Source: Candidatus Latescibacterota bacterium
GTDB lineage: Bacteria; Latescibacterota; UBA2968; GCA-2709665
Assembly (NCBI GenBank): GCA_965203805.1
Contig: OZ241917.1
Coordinates: forward strand, 5,728,001-5,792,000
Direction: 5' to 3'
DNA length: 64,000 nucleotides
Shown here: positions 42,374 to 51,323 of the stretch, piece after piece
How positions within the stretch are numbered: the stretch's first letter is position 1
Layout of the letters: each line of letters opens with the position of its first letter
Notes under the pieces: model-generated
What the model saw: the letters and a program-made list of their open reading frames with translations, nothing else
Told to the model about the DNA's origin: nothing
Database searches by the model: none
Made by a program: the position numbers and the translations under genes

Positions 42374-42703
42374 ATGAGTGCCGTTGACAAATTCCACGAC
42401 GAAGCCATGGAAGCCGCTTTTTTCGCCGATCAAGAACGGCGTAGGGGAAACAAAGAGCGGTCAGAGGAGTTGTTTGACCAGGCCCTGAGCCTGGAACTCA
42501 AGGCGCTCAGTGAAATGTCCGAGCCGGTGGAGCCAACTTATTCGATACTACACCGTAGTGCCGGGTGGCTGGCTTTGGACTGCAACCAGCCGCGCCTGGC
42601 AGAGCAGTTAGCCAGCAAAGCGCTTGCTGGCGAGCCGGACCCTCGAATTGCCGAGGAGCTCCGCAACCTGTTGGAAAAGATTAAAACCAATAAACATGGA
42701 TAG
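42374..42703 (+). CDS. Small helical hypothetical protein; stop codon supplied by a CAGGAT repeat
   Basis: GAGG RBS then MSAVDKFHDEAMEAA...EPTYSILHRSAGWLA; TAG lies in CATGGATAG at 42695. Confidence 0.7.
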   Translation: MSAVDKFHDEAMEAAFFADQERRRGNKERSEELFDQALSLELKALSEMSEPVEPTYSILHRSAGWLALDCNQPRLAEQLASKALAGEPDPRIAEELRNLLEKIKTNKHG

Positions 42704-42884
42704 ACAGGATGAACAGGATAAGACCAACAAAACCGGGCGAATTCGGTGGAAGCTCATTACGCATGTTGCCGAAGCCGATGTCCGAACGCCAACACGGAGT
42801 GACGTGTAATTCGCAGATCAAGACCAACAAGCATGGATGAACAGGATAAAACCGGAAGGCAGGGCAGATGCGGATACTATAGAG

Positions 42885-42975
42885 AAAAGGATGTTTGACA
42901 AATGCTTCAAAAAATCACGCTGATCATTGCCTTCAACAAGCGGTTGTATTTTCGAATTTATCCCCTCGGCTCGCG
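42885..42975 (-). pseudogene. Probable truncated TOPRIM/DUF3226-like partner of the AAA ATPase
   Basis: INSKIQPLVEGNDQRDF then frameshift to FEAFVKH; VEGxxD TOPRIM-like start immediately after the ATPase, breaks off near the repeat at 42832. Confidence 0.45.
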
Positions 42976-42981
42976 ACCTCC

Positions 42982-44025
42982 CTATCGAACCTCGAGATTA
43001 TTTCGGATTGCGGAATCGATTGCATCAGGTTCATAGGTGATACAACGGCTTGTTTTCTCGGCAATCTCGAGCCTGTGTAGCCGAAACCTGTCGTTGCTGA
43101 GAGAATCATGAGCTGCCACTATGCATTCCATACTGTGCGTGGTTGCGAATATCTGAGTCCGAAACTGCCTGGCCGCTTCATCGATAACGCGCCATACATC
43201 AGGTAGTGCCGTGTGGTGTATGCCGTTTTCGAGTTCATCTATCAAAACGACACCATCCGGTACGGAAGCGATACTCAATACAAGGCGGGCGACCTGGGTC
43301 ATGCCTTCGCCCATTACGGATAGCGGTACCAATTCGGACCATCCGATATCTCCCCAGATCATAGGTGAACCACTGGAAGATTTGTCCTCAATGCTCAGTA
43401 ATCTCGGTTCGAAAACCCGCAGTGCCTTCAGGAGCATATCTCCCCGCTCTTGCTGCCTTAACCGTCCAAACCTTACTGCGTCTTCGTGAATATTCCGATT
43501 TCGAGACGCGAGGATTATCGCCTGAAACGGGGGACTTGTCGGAGGCTGATCTACCTGAAAGCCCTGTTCCTTCATACGTATCTGGCTCGTTACCGAATTC
43601 GCTGACGGTCCAGTATACTCAAACGCGAGCAATTGCTCGTTGAGGAAATTTGTAGTGGACGTTCCATTCGTTCGGTCAAGGGGTATTTCGGTCGTCGGCT
43701 GTCTTTCCGAAGTGATCTTAAGGGTCAATTGAACGCGTGTTGAACGACGCGCGGTAATCTCGATCGATCGTCCCATATCCCGATTGAAAAAAAGCTGTTT
43801 CCAGAACGGATCGCCCGTAGAAACCCCGTGTGGCGCCAGGTCCCGAATGCCATTGTCATTCATTGCCAACTGAGTATTCCCCGCTCCGGACAGAAGAAAA
43901 ACCGCTTCAAGCAGGCTTGTCTTTCCAGAGTTGTTTTTCCCGGCAATCAGGTTGATGGCACTCAAGTGGTCAATCTCAAGCGCACCAAACCCACGGAAAT
44001 TACGTATCTGCAGGCGTGTCAACAT
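42982..44025 (-). CDS. AAA_15/AAA_21 (AbiEii-like) ATPase
   Basis: IRNFRGF, GKNNSGKTSLLEA, MGEG, LIDELENGIH, QIFATTHS. Confidence 0.9.
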   Translation of the reverse strand: MLTRLQIRNFRGFGALEIDHLSAINLIAGKNNSGKTSLLEAVFLLSGAGNTQLAMNDNGIRDLAPHGVSTGDPFWKQLFFNRDMGRSIEITARRSTRVQLTLKITSERQPTTEIPLDRTNGTSTTNFLNEQLLAFEYTGPSANSVTSQIRMKEQGFQVDQPPTSPPFQAIILASRNRNIHEDAVRFGRLRQQERGDMLLKALRVFEPRLLSIEDKSSSGSPMIWGDIGWSELVPLSVMGEGMTQVARLVLSIASVPDGVVLIDELENGIHHTALPDVWRVIDEAARQFRTQIFATTHSMECIVAAHDSLSNDRFRLHRLEIAEKTSRCITYEPDAIDSAIRNNLEVR

Positions 44026-44126
44026 CGCCGCGTCTCCCGGCTTTCAGCCAACGACCCAAACTGATGCGGTTCGGACATTATATCGAAAATGATTGTGTAA
44101 ATCAAATCGTTCAACGATGACGCCGA

Positions 44127-44300
44127 ATACTGCTGCTTCAACAAACCCGTCGCGGCTTCCGAAGGAATGACGTGGATATAGGGCATTCGCGGCCTTTTTC
44201 CGACATGGATCAATGCGGAAACGGAAAAACCAAAAAGGCAAGGCAACTTCAACGACACAAAACATCAAACATGGATGGACAGGATAGTCAGGATAAAACC
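44127..44300 (-). pseudogene. Duplicated 5' end and upstream region of the AhpD-like gene
   Basis: MPYIHVIPSEAATGLLKQQY vs MPYIDVIPPEAATGLLKQQY; upstream DNA matches about 41573-41719. Confidence 0.85.
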
Positions 44301-44816
44301 ACAACAACAGGGCAAATGCGGTGGAAGCCGAATGCCTTGGCTGTCAGCGGACCCTCCAACGCTGACACGGAGTCACGTGGAATAATCGAAACCAAAACAA
44401 CAAACATGGATGGACAGGATACACAGGATAAGTGCATAAGAACGGGGCAAATACGGCGGAAGCTGAATGCCTTGGCTGTCCAGCGGACCCTCCAACGCTG
44501 ACACGGAGTCACGTGGAATAATCGAAACCAAAACAACAAACATGGATGGACAGGATACACAGGATAAAACCACTAAAACAGGGCAGAAACGGCGAAGCAG
44601 ACTATGCTTGTTGCTTGACGCCGACGCCTGAACGCCGACACGGACTCATGTGGACTTCGCAAGTCAAAGACAATAAACATGGATGGACAGGATGAACAGG
44701 ATAAAACCACTAAAACAGGGCAGAAGCGTTGAAGCCGATTATGCTTGTTGTACGAAACCGACATCCGGCTGCCGACAAGGACCAGGTTTTTTCCAATCAA
44801 TCCAGAGGTGTCGTTT

Positions 44817-45227
44817 TTATTCCTGCCCTTTCTGAGTCCGTGTAAATCGTTTAAACTCCAACTTAGGCTTCCCGAAGTTGATCAGCAGCCCCACCTCAAC
44901 GCGGGTGGCATTCAGATAGTTGATGATCTGGGCTTCGTGCTCCCTGGTGATGGCTCTGACCGCCTTGAGTTCCACGATCACTTTGTTCTCCACCAGAATA
45001 TCAGCGACATAATCGCCGACCGTTTCACCTCGAAAACGCACACGAATAGGCCGCTGTGTTTCGTGCGAAATACCGGCGTCGGTTAAGGCAACTTTCATCG
45101 CCTTCTCGTAAACTGATTCCAGGAATCCACTCCCGAGTTCTTTCGTCACGTCCAAAGCACATCCGATTATCTTCCGGGTCAAGCCAGCGTGTAACAACCC
45201 TTTATCTTGCCTATCCTGTCTATCCAT
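44817..45227 (-). CDS. GxxExxY protein (PD-(D/E)XK nuclease-like)
   Basis: LGSGFLESVYEKA (GxxExxY), ADILVENKVIVELKA, QIINYL, GLLINFG; N-term MDRQDRQDK is encoded by the repeat. Confidence 0.93.
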   Translation of the reverse strand: MDRQDRQDKGLLHAGLTRKIIGCALDVTKELGSGFLESVYEKAMKVALTDAGISHETQRPIRVRFRGETVGDYVADILVENKVIVELKAVRAITREHEAQIINYLNATRVEVGLLINFGKPKLEFKRFTRTQKGQE

Positions 45228-45699
45228 AGTTTCCCTGTTTCAAATCTCGATGGACCTTCGCTACCGTTTGCAACTTACATGGATGGACAGGATACACAGG
45301 ATGAAAACCTACAAAAGCCGGCAAAGCCCGTCAGTGATTCGAGTCGATGTTGTCTGATTCTCGTTCTTCGACTTGTTTCTTCCCCGTTACTTGTCTTTCT
45401 GCTTTTATCCTGCCTATCCTGTTCATCCGTGTTGTATGGTTTTGATCTTTCGTCTTGGTTCTTCCCCGTTGTTGTCTGGCTCTTATCCTGCCTATCCTGT
45501 GTATCCATGTTTCGTGGTCTTGATTTTTCGATTTGCTTTTCCCCGTTGTTGTCCCGCTCTCTGGTTTTCAGGTTTTGTCCTGTTTCTCCATGATTCCTGG
45601 GTCTTCGGTTTGCTTCTTCCCGTTTTTTTGGCTTTCCGCTTTTATCCTGTCCATCCTGTATATCCATGTTCCCCTGTATCAATCCTCGATGGTCTCTCG

Positions 45700-46197
45700 C
45701 TACCACCCGCCCACCTGCGTCCGGTCCACGATATCCCGTGTGAGGATGTCGAACGCGGCGCCGAGGCCTGCGTGCCGGGCTTCCTCGCGCTGGCCGGCGG
45801 CGCTGTAGATACCGTATCCCTTCAGGCGCTTCTCCTCCCACAACAGCTTCTTGTTCTTCACGTCGAAACAGCTGACGTCCAGGAAGACCGAAATCTGGAA
45901 CTGGTCCTCCTGGCCGCGGTAGGTGAACGGGTCGTCCCGCACCTCCACGATCGTGCCGCGAAGCACGACGTCCGCACGGTCCTCGTCCGTCACGCGCAGC
46001 GCCGCGTCCTGGATGAACGCCTGGATCAGGCTGTCCGTTAGGGCCTGCTGGATCTCCGGCTCCAGGCTCTCGTTCTCCATCAGCGGAATGGCCACCGAGC
46101 GGAAACCCGATCCGCCGGTCGCGGAGGTCGAATAGTACGCGCATCCGCCCAGCCCGAACAGGACCAGCGCGGCGCAGGGAAGGAGAGAACGCTTCAA
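45700..46197 (-). CDS. lptE: LptE-family lipoprotein
   Basis: Lipobox LGGC, SVAIP..EN.S.E, ADVVLRGTI, LLWE, C-term GGW. Confidence 0.75.
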   Translation of the reverse strand: MKRSLLPCAALVLFGLGGCAYYSTSATGGSGFRSVAIPLMENESLEPEIQQALTDSLIQAFIQDAALRVTDEDRADVVLRGTIVEVRDDPFTYRGQEDQFQISVFLDVSCFDVKNKKLLWEEKRLKGYGIYSAAGQREEARHAGLGAAFDILTRDIVDRTQVGGW

Positions 46198-46646
46198 TCC
46201 GATTCCTCCTTCGCTTCCGAGGCGTCCTCCGCCGGCGGATCCGCTGACTTCGCTTCCTCTGGCGTCTCGGCTTCATCGCTTTCGGCGGTATCGTCCCCGG
46301 CAGTCGCTTCGACGTCCGCGGCGGGCGCCTCGGCCTCATCCTCGGACGCCTCCGCCTCGTCCGGACCCTTGTTCGCTTCGTCCACGTAGTTCATCCTCAA
46401 CTCGTACAGCGCGTGCTCCAGAAACTTCTGTTCGTTGTCGCTGAGATTGCCCTTCGTCTTCGCCTGAAGCATGCCCAGGATATCAATGGTGTTCTTCGCC
46501 TGCGCGAGGTCCCGTTCCACCTTGTTGGTCGCCGGGTTCATCACCTTGCCCAGATGCTGCCAGGCCGCCCCCTGAAACATCAGCACGACCTGCGTAAACA
46601 GAAACTCGTTCATCTGCTCCTGGGAGATGGATTCACTTTCAGCCAT
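46194..46646 (-). CDS. DUF1844 domain protein with acidic tail
   Basis: AWQHLGKVMNP, DLAQAKNTIDILGMLQAKTKGNLS..E..L...LYELRMNYV. Confidence 0.85.
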   Translation of the reverse strand: MAESESISQEQMNEFLFTQVVLMFQGAAWQHLGKVMNPATNKVERDLAQAKNTIDILGMLQAKTKGNLSDNEQKFLEHALYELRMNYVDEANKGPDEAEASEDEAEAPAADVEATAGDDTAESDEAETPEEAKSADPPAEDASEAKEESD

Positions 46647-46732
46647 GTCAATAACCTCCTTGAAATGATTGACTTATTCACTTCGTGGCAATGTGCTGAT
46701 ATGGTCCTGAATCGTTGTGTGGGTAGACGTTA

Positions 46733-46925
46733 GCCTCAATCCGAAAAAAACAGCAACGCGGCGACGCGATAAAACCTTCCGAAACGGGGTGTTATCGACG
46801 TATAGAAGGACGTTCTTTCCCTTCACGTCCAGTGACCTGGTGTATCCTGGTAATCCGCCGTCTAATCGCCTTTATTTACAAGCACATATTCGAATTTACG
46901 TCCCCGAAGACTTACGAATCAAGGT
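46733..46925. mobile_element. MITE-like element copy B (193 bp)
   Basis: Ends GCCTCAATCCG...CGAATCAAGGT; flanks TAGACGTTA / TAGACGTAA; shares TTCACGTCCAGTGACCTGGTGTATCCTGGTAATCCGC with copy A. Confidence 0.7.
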
Positions 46926-47143
46926 TAGACGTAAGAGGGGAGAGATTACCAGCCCTGTGAGGTCTCAATTCAGGCCGGAGGCTTTAAGGAAGAGCATATC
47001 GGGCAAGGACTTCCTCTACCGTCTTGCGTCTCACGTCTCACCGGTTTTATGGAAGAACCAATCGGGCAAAGATGTCCTCTACCGTCTACCGTCTCCCGTC
47101 TCACCGCTTTCAGTTCTTCCTTCTTCCTTCTTCCTTTTCCCTT
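46926..47143. repeat. CCGTCT(C/A)-heptad repeat family, copy 2 (internally duplicated)
   Basis: ATCGGGCAAGGAC..CTCTACCGTCT twice; TCACCGCTTTCAGTTCTTC shared with 53284. Confidence 0.65.
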
Positions 47144-47144
47144 C

Positions 47145-47777
47145 TCACCTCTTCCCCCCTATCGCTTCCTTTAATTTCGCCATCGCCGTCCCGGCGTCCG
47201 CCCATCCGCGGACGATGTCCATCTGCGCGTCGCCCCGTTTCACGACCACGCTGGGAAACTCCCTCACGCCCATCGACCTGCGCAGGTTGAAGCCCGCCTG
47301 CAATTCCGCCTCGATTTCCCGAGACCGGATATCCCGGTCGAACCGTTGCGCGTCCAGCGGCGGAGAAAGCGACCTGGCAACCGCGGTCAGCGTATCGACG
47401 TCCGAGGGGTTCCGCGCCTCCCGATAATATGCCCGCTGGATGGCATCGAACATTTCGGGCGCGGCGTCGTCCCGCTGCGCCCCTGCCGCCAGCACCGCTC
47501 GGCAGGCCGGGTAGGTCGACCGGCGAGGTTTGCAGTTGCGCCAGAAGTCCCAGTTGAATTCAGCCCCCGTCGTCTTTGTGACCTCACGCCAGTTCATCTG
47601 TACGTACGCGCGGGTCTCTTCCGGCATCGGATCCTCCGAATCCCTGGCCAGTCCGCCCATCACGTAGATCACCGGGATGGAATCCGGAAGCGCCGCCACA
47701 ATTTCCTGAAGTACCGGCCGGAACCCCCAGCACCACGAACACATGGGGTCGGCCACGTAATAGAGTCTGTGATCCAC
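47145..47777 (-). CDS. DsbA-family protein
   Basis: YYVADPMCSWCWGF, STYPACRAV, GVREFPS. Confidence 0.9.
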   Translation of the reverse strand: MDHRLYYVADPMCSWCWGFRPVLQEIVAALPDSIPVIYVMGGLARDSEDPMPEETRAYVQMNWREVTKTTGAEFNWDFWRNCKPRRSTYPACRAVLAAGAQRDDAAPEMFDAIQRAYYREARNPSDVDTLTAVARSLSPPLDAQRFDRDIRSREIEAELQAGFNLRRSMGVREFPSVVVKRGDAQMDIVRGWADAGTAMAKLKEAIGGKR

Positions 47778-47893
47778 GATTCGTCCCTTTGAAGGATGCG
47801 TACGAAGAGGCAGACGTTAGCGAGGGTTGAATGACCTCGGACGGTCCGGCTTGCGACGCCGGATTTCACAACCGCCGCCAAGGTACAATATTA

Positions 47894-48198
47894 ACCTCAA
47901 TTCGAAAAAAGAAAACCGAAAAATCGGCCACGAAAAGCACAAAAGGCCTGCCTGCAGCGCCTGTCTGCGTGCGTGCCACACGCACAGGCAGGCACAGAAA
48001 GCATCGGTGCAATGCGGCGTGTGTCGTAACGCGGTGACCCTGCAGTTATTTCCTCACCGGGCCGAAAAGGTCGTCCGGAAGCACACTTTTTTTGTTTACG
48101 TCCAATGACCCGCAGGTTCCTGGAAATCCGACGTTAACTCACGTTTATCAACTTGCATATGTTCGAACTGACGTTCCCGAAAAATGACGAATGGAGGT
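47894..48198. mobile_element. MITE-like element copy C (diverged, 305 bp, contains the 33-bp hairpin)
   Basis: TTA|ACCTCAATTCG...CGAATGGAGGT|TAA inverted ends; right half resembles copies A/B. Confidence 0.6.
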
Positions 48199-48414
48199 TA
48201 AAGACGGGAGTCCAAAAAGGCAGGCCCGTCGACCCCGTATGAATCTGTACAATCGCGTCTCAGCGCGCCTTTCCTGCGGCCCGACAGAATCCGCTTGCGC
48301 GGGCGCGACAGTTGTGCGTACTTTCCACAACACTGTTCCTGCGTGATCCGTCCCGTGCACTCGAGCTGCATCGGGACCGGTTTATCGGAAATTCATCAGA
48401 AAAGGAGGTCGCCC

Positions 48415-48879
48415 GTGAACGTGGAAGTCACTATTAACGGCGAGCGCCACAGCCACGACGTGGAGCCCAGGCTGCTGCTTGTGCATTATCTGCGCGACGT
48501 CGTTGGTCTCACCGGCACCCACGTCGGCTGCGAAACGAGCCTTTGCGGCGCCTGCACGGTGATGCTCGACGGGCAGGCTGTGAAATCCTGTACACTGCTC
48601 GCGGTACAGGCGAACGGCGCCGAGATTACCACCATCGAGGGCCTGGCCGAGAACGGCGAACTTCATCCCGTACAGGAGGGCTTCTGGGAATGTCACGGCC
48701 TTCAGTGCGGTTTCTGCACGCCCGGGATGATCATCGCCGCCCACCAGTTGTTGCAGCGCAACTCGCGGCCCACCGAGGCGCAGATCCGTCGCGGCATCGA
48801 GGGCAACCTGTGCCGCTGCACCGGGTACCAGCACATTGTGGACGCCGTCCAGTACGCGGCCCGAAAGATGAGATCCTGA
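48415..48879 (+). CDS. coxS: CO dehydrogenase-like small 2Fe-2S subunit
   Basis: [30 protein letters not shown]; GTG start after AGGAGG. Confidence 0.9.
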   Translation: MNVEVTINGERHSHDVEPRLLLVHYLRDVVGLTGTHVGCETSLCGACTVMLDGQAVKSCTLLAVQANGAEITTIEGLAENGELHPVQEGFWECHGLQCGFCTPGMIIAAHQLLQRNSRPTEAQIRRGIEGNLCRCTGYQHIVDAVQYAARKMRS

Positions 48880-48892
48880 AAGGAGATCTTCC

Positions 48893-51223
48893 ATGCCTGT
48901 CAGCAAATCCGTAGGCGCCAGAATCAAGCGCAGGGAAGATCCCAGGCTGATCCAGGGCCTTGCGCAATACGTAGACGACATCCAGTTGCCGGGCACGCTG
49001 CACGTCGCGGTGCTCCGCAGCCCGTACGGGCACGCGCACATCCGCGGCATCGACGCCTCGGCCGCCTCGGACCATCCGGGCGTGGTGGCCGTGGTTACCG
49101 GCGAAGATCTGAAGGACAACATCGGCACCATTCCCTGCGCCACCACCGATCCCGAGGGCTTTCCGGGCATCCAGGTCCCGGAACATCCGGTCCTGGCGCA
49201 GGGTAAGGTACGGTTCGTCGGGGAGCCGGTTGCGGCCGTGGTCGCCGACAGTTCGTATGCCGCCAGGGACGCTGCTGAACTCATCGAGGTGGACTACGAC
49301 CCGCTCGACGCCGTCAACTCGTCCGAGGCGGCGCTGGCTGACGGCGCCCCGCTTCTGCACGAACAATTCGGCAGCAACCAGGCCTTCACCTGGGCGATTG
49401 CCGGCGGCGACATCGACGACGCCTTCGCTCAGGCCGACCGCGTGGTCAAACAGCGTTTCAACCACCAGCGGCTGGTGCCCAACCCGCTGGAAACCCGGGG
49501 TGTGGTCGCACAGTTTCAACCCGGCGACGGAAAGCTCACGGTCTGGTCGTCCACGCAGATCCCGCATCTGCTCAGGACCCAGCTTTCGGTCATTCTCAAC
49601 CGGCCGGAGCAACTCGTGCAGGTCATCGCTCCCGAGGTGGGCGGCGGATTCGGCTGCAAGCTGAACGTCTACGCCGAGGAAGCCCTGGTGGGTCACCTGG
49701 CCATCCAGCTCAAGAGGCCGGTCAAGTGGATCGAAAGCCGGAGGGAGAACTTCCTGCACACCATCCACGGGCGGGACCAGGTCGGCGACGTGGAGATCCC
49801 CGTCAAGAACGACGGGACCATCCTGGGCCTCAAATACACCGTGGAGGCCGACGTGGGCGCGTACTACCAGTTGCTCACGCCGGCGATCCCCACCCTCACG
49901 GGGCTGATGCTCTGCGGTTGTTACAGGTTCCAGAACGTCTCGATGGAACTCACCGCGGCCTTCACCAACAAGATGGCCACCGACGCGTACCGCGGCGCGG
50001 GCAGGCCGGAAGCCACGTACCTCATCGAACGCATGCTGGACTGCGTGGCTCACGATCTGGACATGGATCCCCTGGAGGTCCGCCGAAGGAACTTCATCGG
50101 CAAGGACGAGTTTCCCTTCGAAACCGGCACGGCAGTCGCCTACGACAGCGGCGACTACGAGATCGCGCTCAACAAGGCGCTCAGGAAGATTGACTACGAA
50201 GGCTTCCGCAAGGAACAGGCGGACGCCCGCGAACAGGGCCGGTACCTGGGCATCGGCTTCTCCACGTACGTGGAGATCTGCGGCATGGGGCCCTCGGCGG
50301 CCATGCCGGCGGGCGGCTGGGAGAGCGGCACCGTAAGGGTGGACCCGACGGGCAAAGTCACCGTTCTCACCGGTGTCTCGCCCCACGGCCAGGGGCAGGA
50401 AACCACGTTTGCGCAGCTCATCGCCGACGGGCTCGGGGTGGATATCGACGACGTGCGGATCATCCACGGCGATACCGAAGCCGTGCAGTACGGCATCGGC
50501 ACGTTCGGTTCCCGCGCGACCGCGGTGGGCGGTACGGCCATGGTAATGGCGATGGAAAAGATCAAGGAAAAGGCCGTCAACATCGCCGCGCACCTGCTGG
50601 AGAGCAACCCGCAGGACATCGTCGTCGACGACGGCAAGTACGGCGTCAAGGGCTCGCCCGACCAGGGCGTCACCCTGGCGGAGATATCCATGGCCGCACA
50701 CGGGGGCGTGAATCTGCCGCCGGATACCGAGCCGGGTATGGCGGCCACCCATTTCTTCGAGCCGTCCAACTTCACCTACCCGTTCGGCACGCACATCGCC
50801 ATCGTGGAAGTGGACGCGGACACCGGAGAGGTGGACATCCTGCGGTATATCGCCGTTGACGACTGCGGCCAGATCATCAACCCGCTGATCGTCGAGGGTC
50901 AGATCCACGGGGGCATCGCCCAGGGTCTGGGCCAGGCGCTATATGAAGAGGCCATCTACGACGAGAGCGGGCAGATGCTCACCGGCTCGTTCATGGACTA
51001 TGCGCTGCCCAAGGCGCACAACTTCCCGCGCTTCGAGCTCGACAACACGGTCACGCCCTCGCCGGTGAATCCGATGGGCGTCAAGGGCGTGGGAGAGGCG
51101 GGCACCATCGGCTCCACGCCGTCCATCGTCAACGCGGTGGTGGACGCGCTCAAACCGTTCGGCGTGCGGCACATCGACATGCCGCTGCGTCCCGAAAAAC
51201 TCTGGAAGCTCATGCAGGGGTAG
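48893..51223 (+). CDS. coxL: Molybdenum hydroxylase large subunit, form II CoxL-like
   Basis: GGGFG, AYRGAGRPEA (form II motif), HGQG.ETT, GVKGVGEAG. Confidence 0.88.
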   Translation: MPVSKSVGARIKRREDPRLIQGLAQYVDDIQLPGTLHVAVLRSPYGHAHIRGIDASAASDHPGVVAVVTGEDLKDNIGTIPCATTDPEGFPGIQVPEHPVLAQGKVRFVGEPVAAVVADSSYAARDAAELIEVDYDPLDAVNSSEAALADGAPLLHEQFGSNQAFTWAIAGGDIDDAFAQADRVVKQRFNHQRLVPNPLETRGVVAQFQPGDGKLTVWSSTQIPHLLRTQLSVILNRPEQLVQVIAPEVGGGFGCKLNVYAEEALVGHLAIQLKRPVKWIESRRENFLHTIHGRDQVGDVEIPVKNDGTILGLKYTVEADVGAYYQLLTPAIPTLTGLMLCGCYRFQNVSMELTAAFTNKMATDAYRGAGRPEATYLIERMLDCVAHDLDMDPLEVRRRNFIGKDEFPFETGTAVAYDSGDYEIALNKALRKIDYEGFRKEQADAREQGRYLGIGFSTYVEICGMGPSAAMPAGGWESGTVRVDPTGKVTVLTGVSPHGQGQETTFAQLIADGLGVDIDDVRIIHGDTEAVQYGIGTFGSRATAVGGTAMVMAMEKIKEKAVNIAAHLLESNPQDIVVDDGKYGVKGSPDQGVTLAEISMAAHGGVNLPPDTEPGMAATHFFEPSNFTYPFGTHIAIVEVDADTGEVDILRYIAVDDCGQIINPLIVEGQIHGGIAQGLGQALYEEAIYDESGQMLTGSFMDYALPKAHNFPRFELDNTVTPSPVNPMGVKGVGEAGTIGSTPSIVNAVVDALKPFGVRHIDMPLRPEKLWKLMQG

Positions 51224-51323
51224 GTCGCATGCCCGTTCCGTCAGGGCGCGCGGAAAACCGGCCGACGATCGGTTGGACGCGCCCGCGCGGATGTTCAAAT
51301 CTTCGATACCTGGAGAGAAGCCA

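Larger units (their letters stand above)
37928..45668. repeat. Field of ~26 copies of a 27-30 bp repeat CATGGAT-NNN-CAGGAT-NNN-CAGGAT-AA in both orientations
   Basis: Forward CATG at 37928, 38066, 38301, 38565, 39559, 40735, 41656, 41788, 41917, 42049, 42695, 42832, 44270, 44405, 44541, 44678, 45278; reverse copies ending near 38252, 38516, 38780, 40107, 40958, 45227, 45431, 45509, 45668 (some partial or degenerate). Confidence 0.92.

Noticed and set aside
37928-45668. CRISPR array interpretation of the regularly spaced ~28-bp repeats
   Set aside because: Spacers are ~100+ bp and homologous to each other, repeats are degenerate and in both orientations, and no cas genes are in the window
48731-50908. 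Long antisense ORFs (also 58879-60912, 54138-55877, 760-2013)
   Set aside because: Shadow frames of high-GC coding genes on the opposite strand
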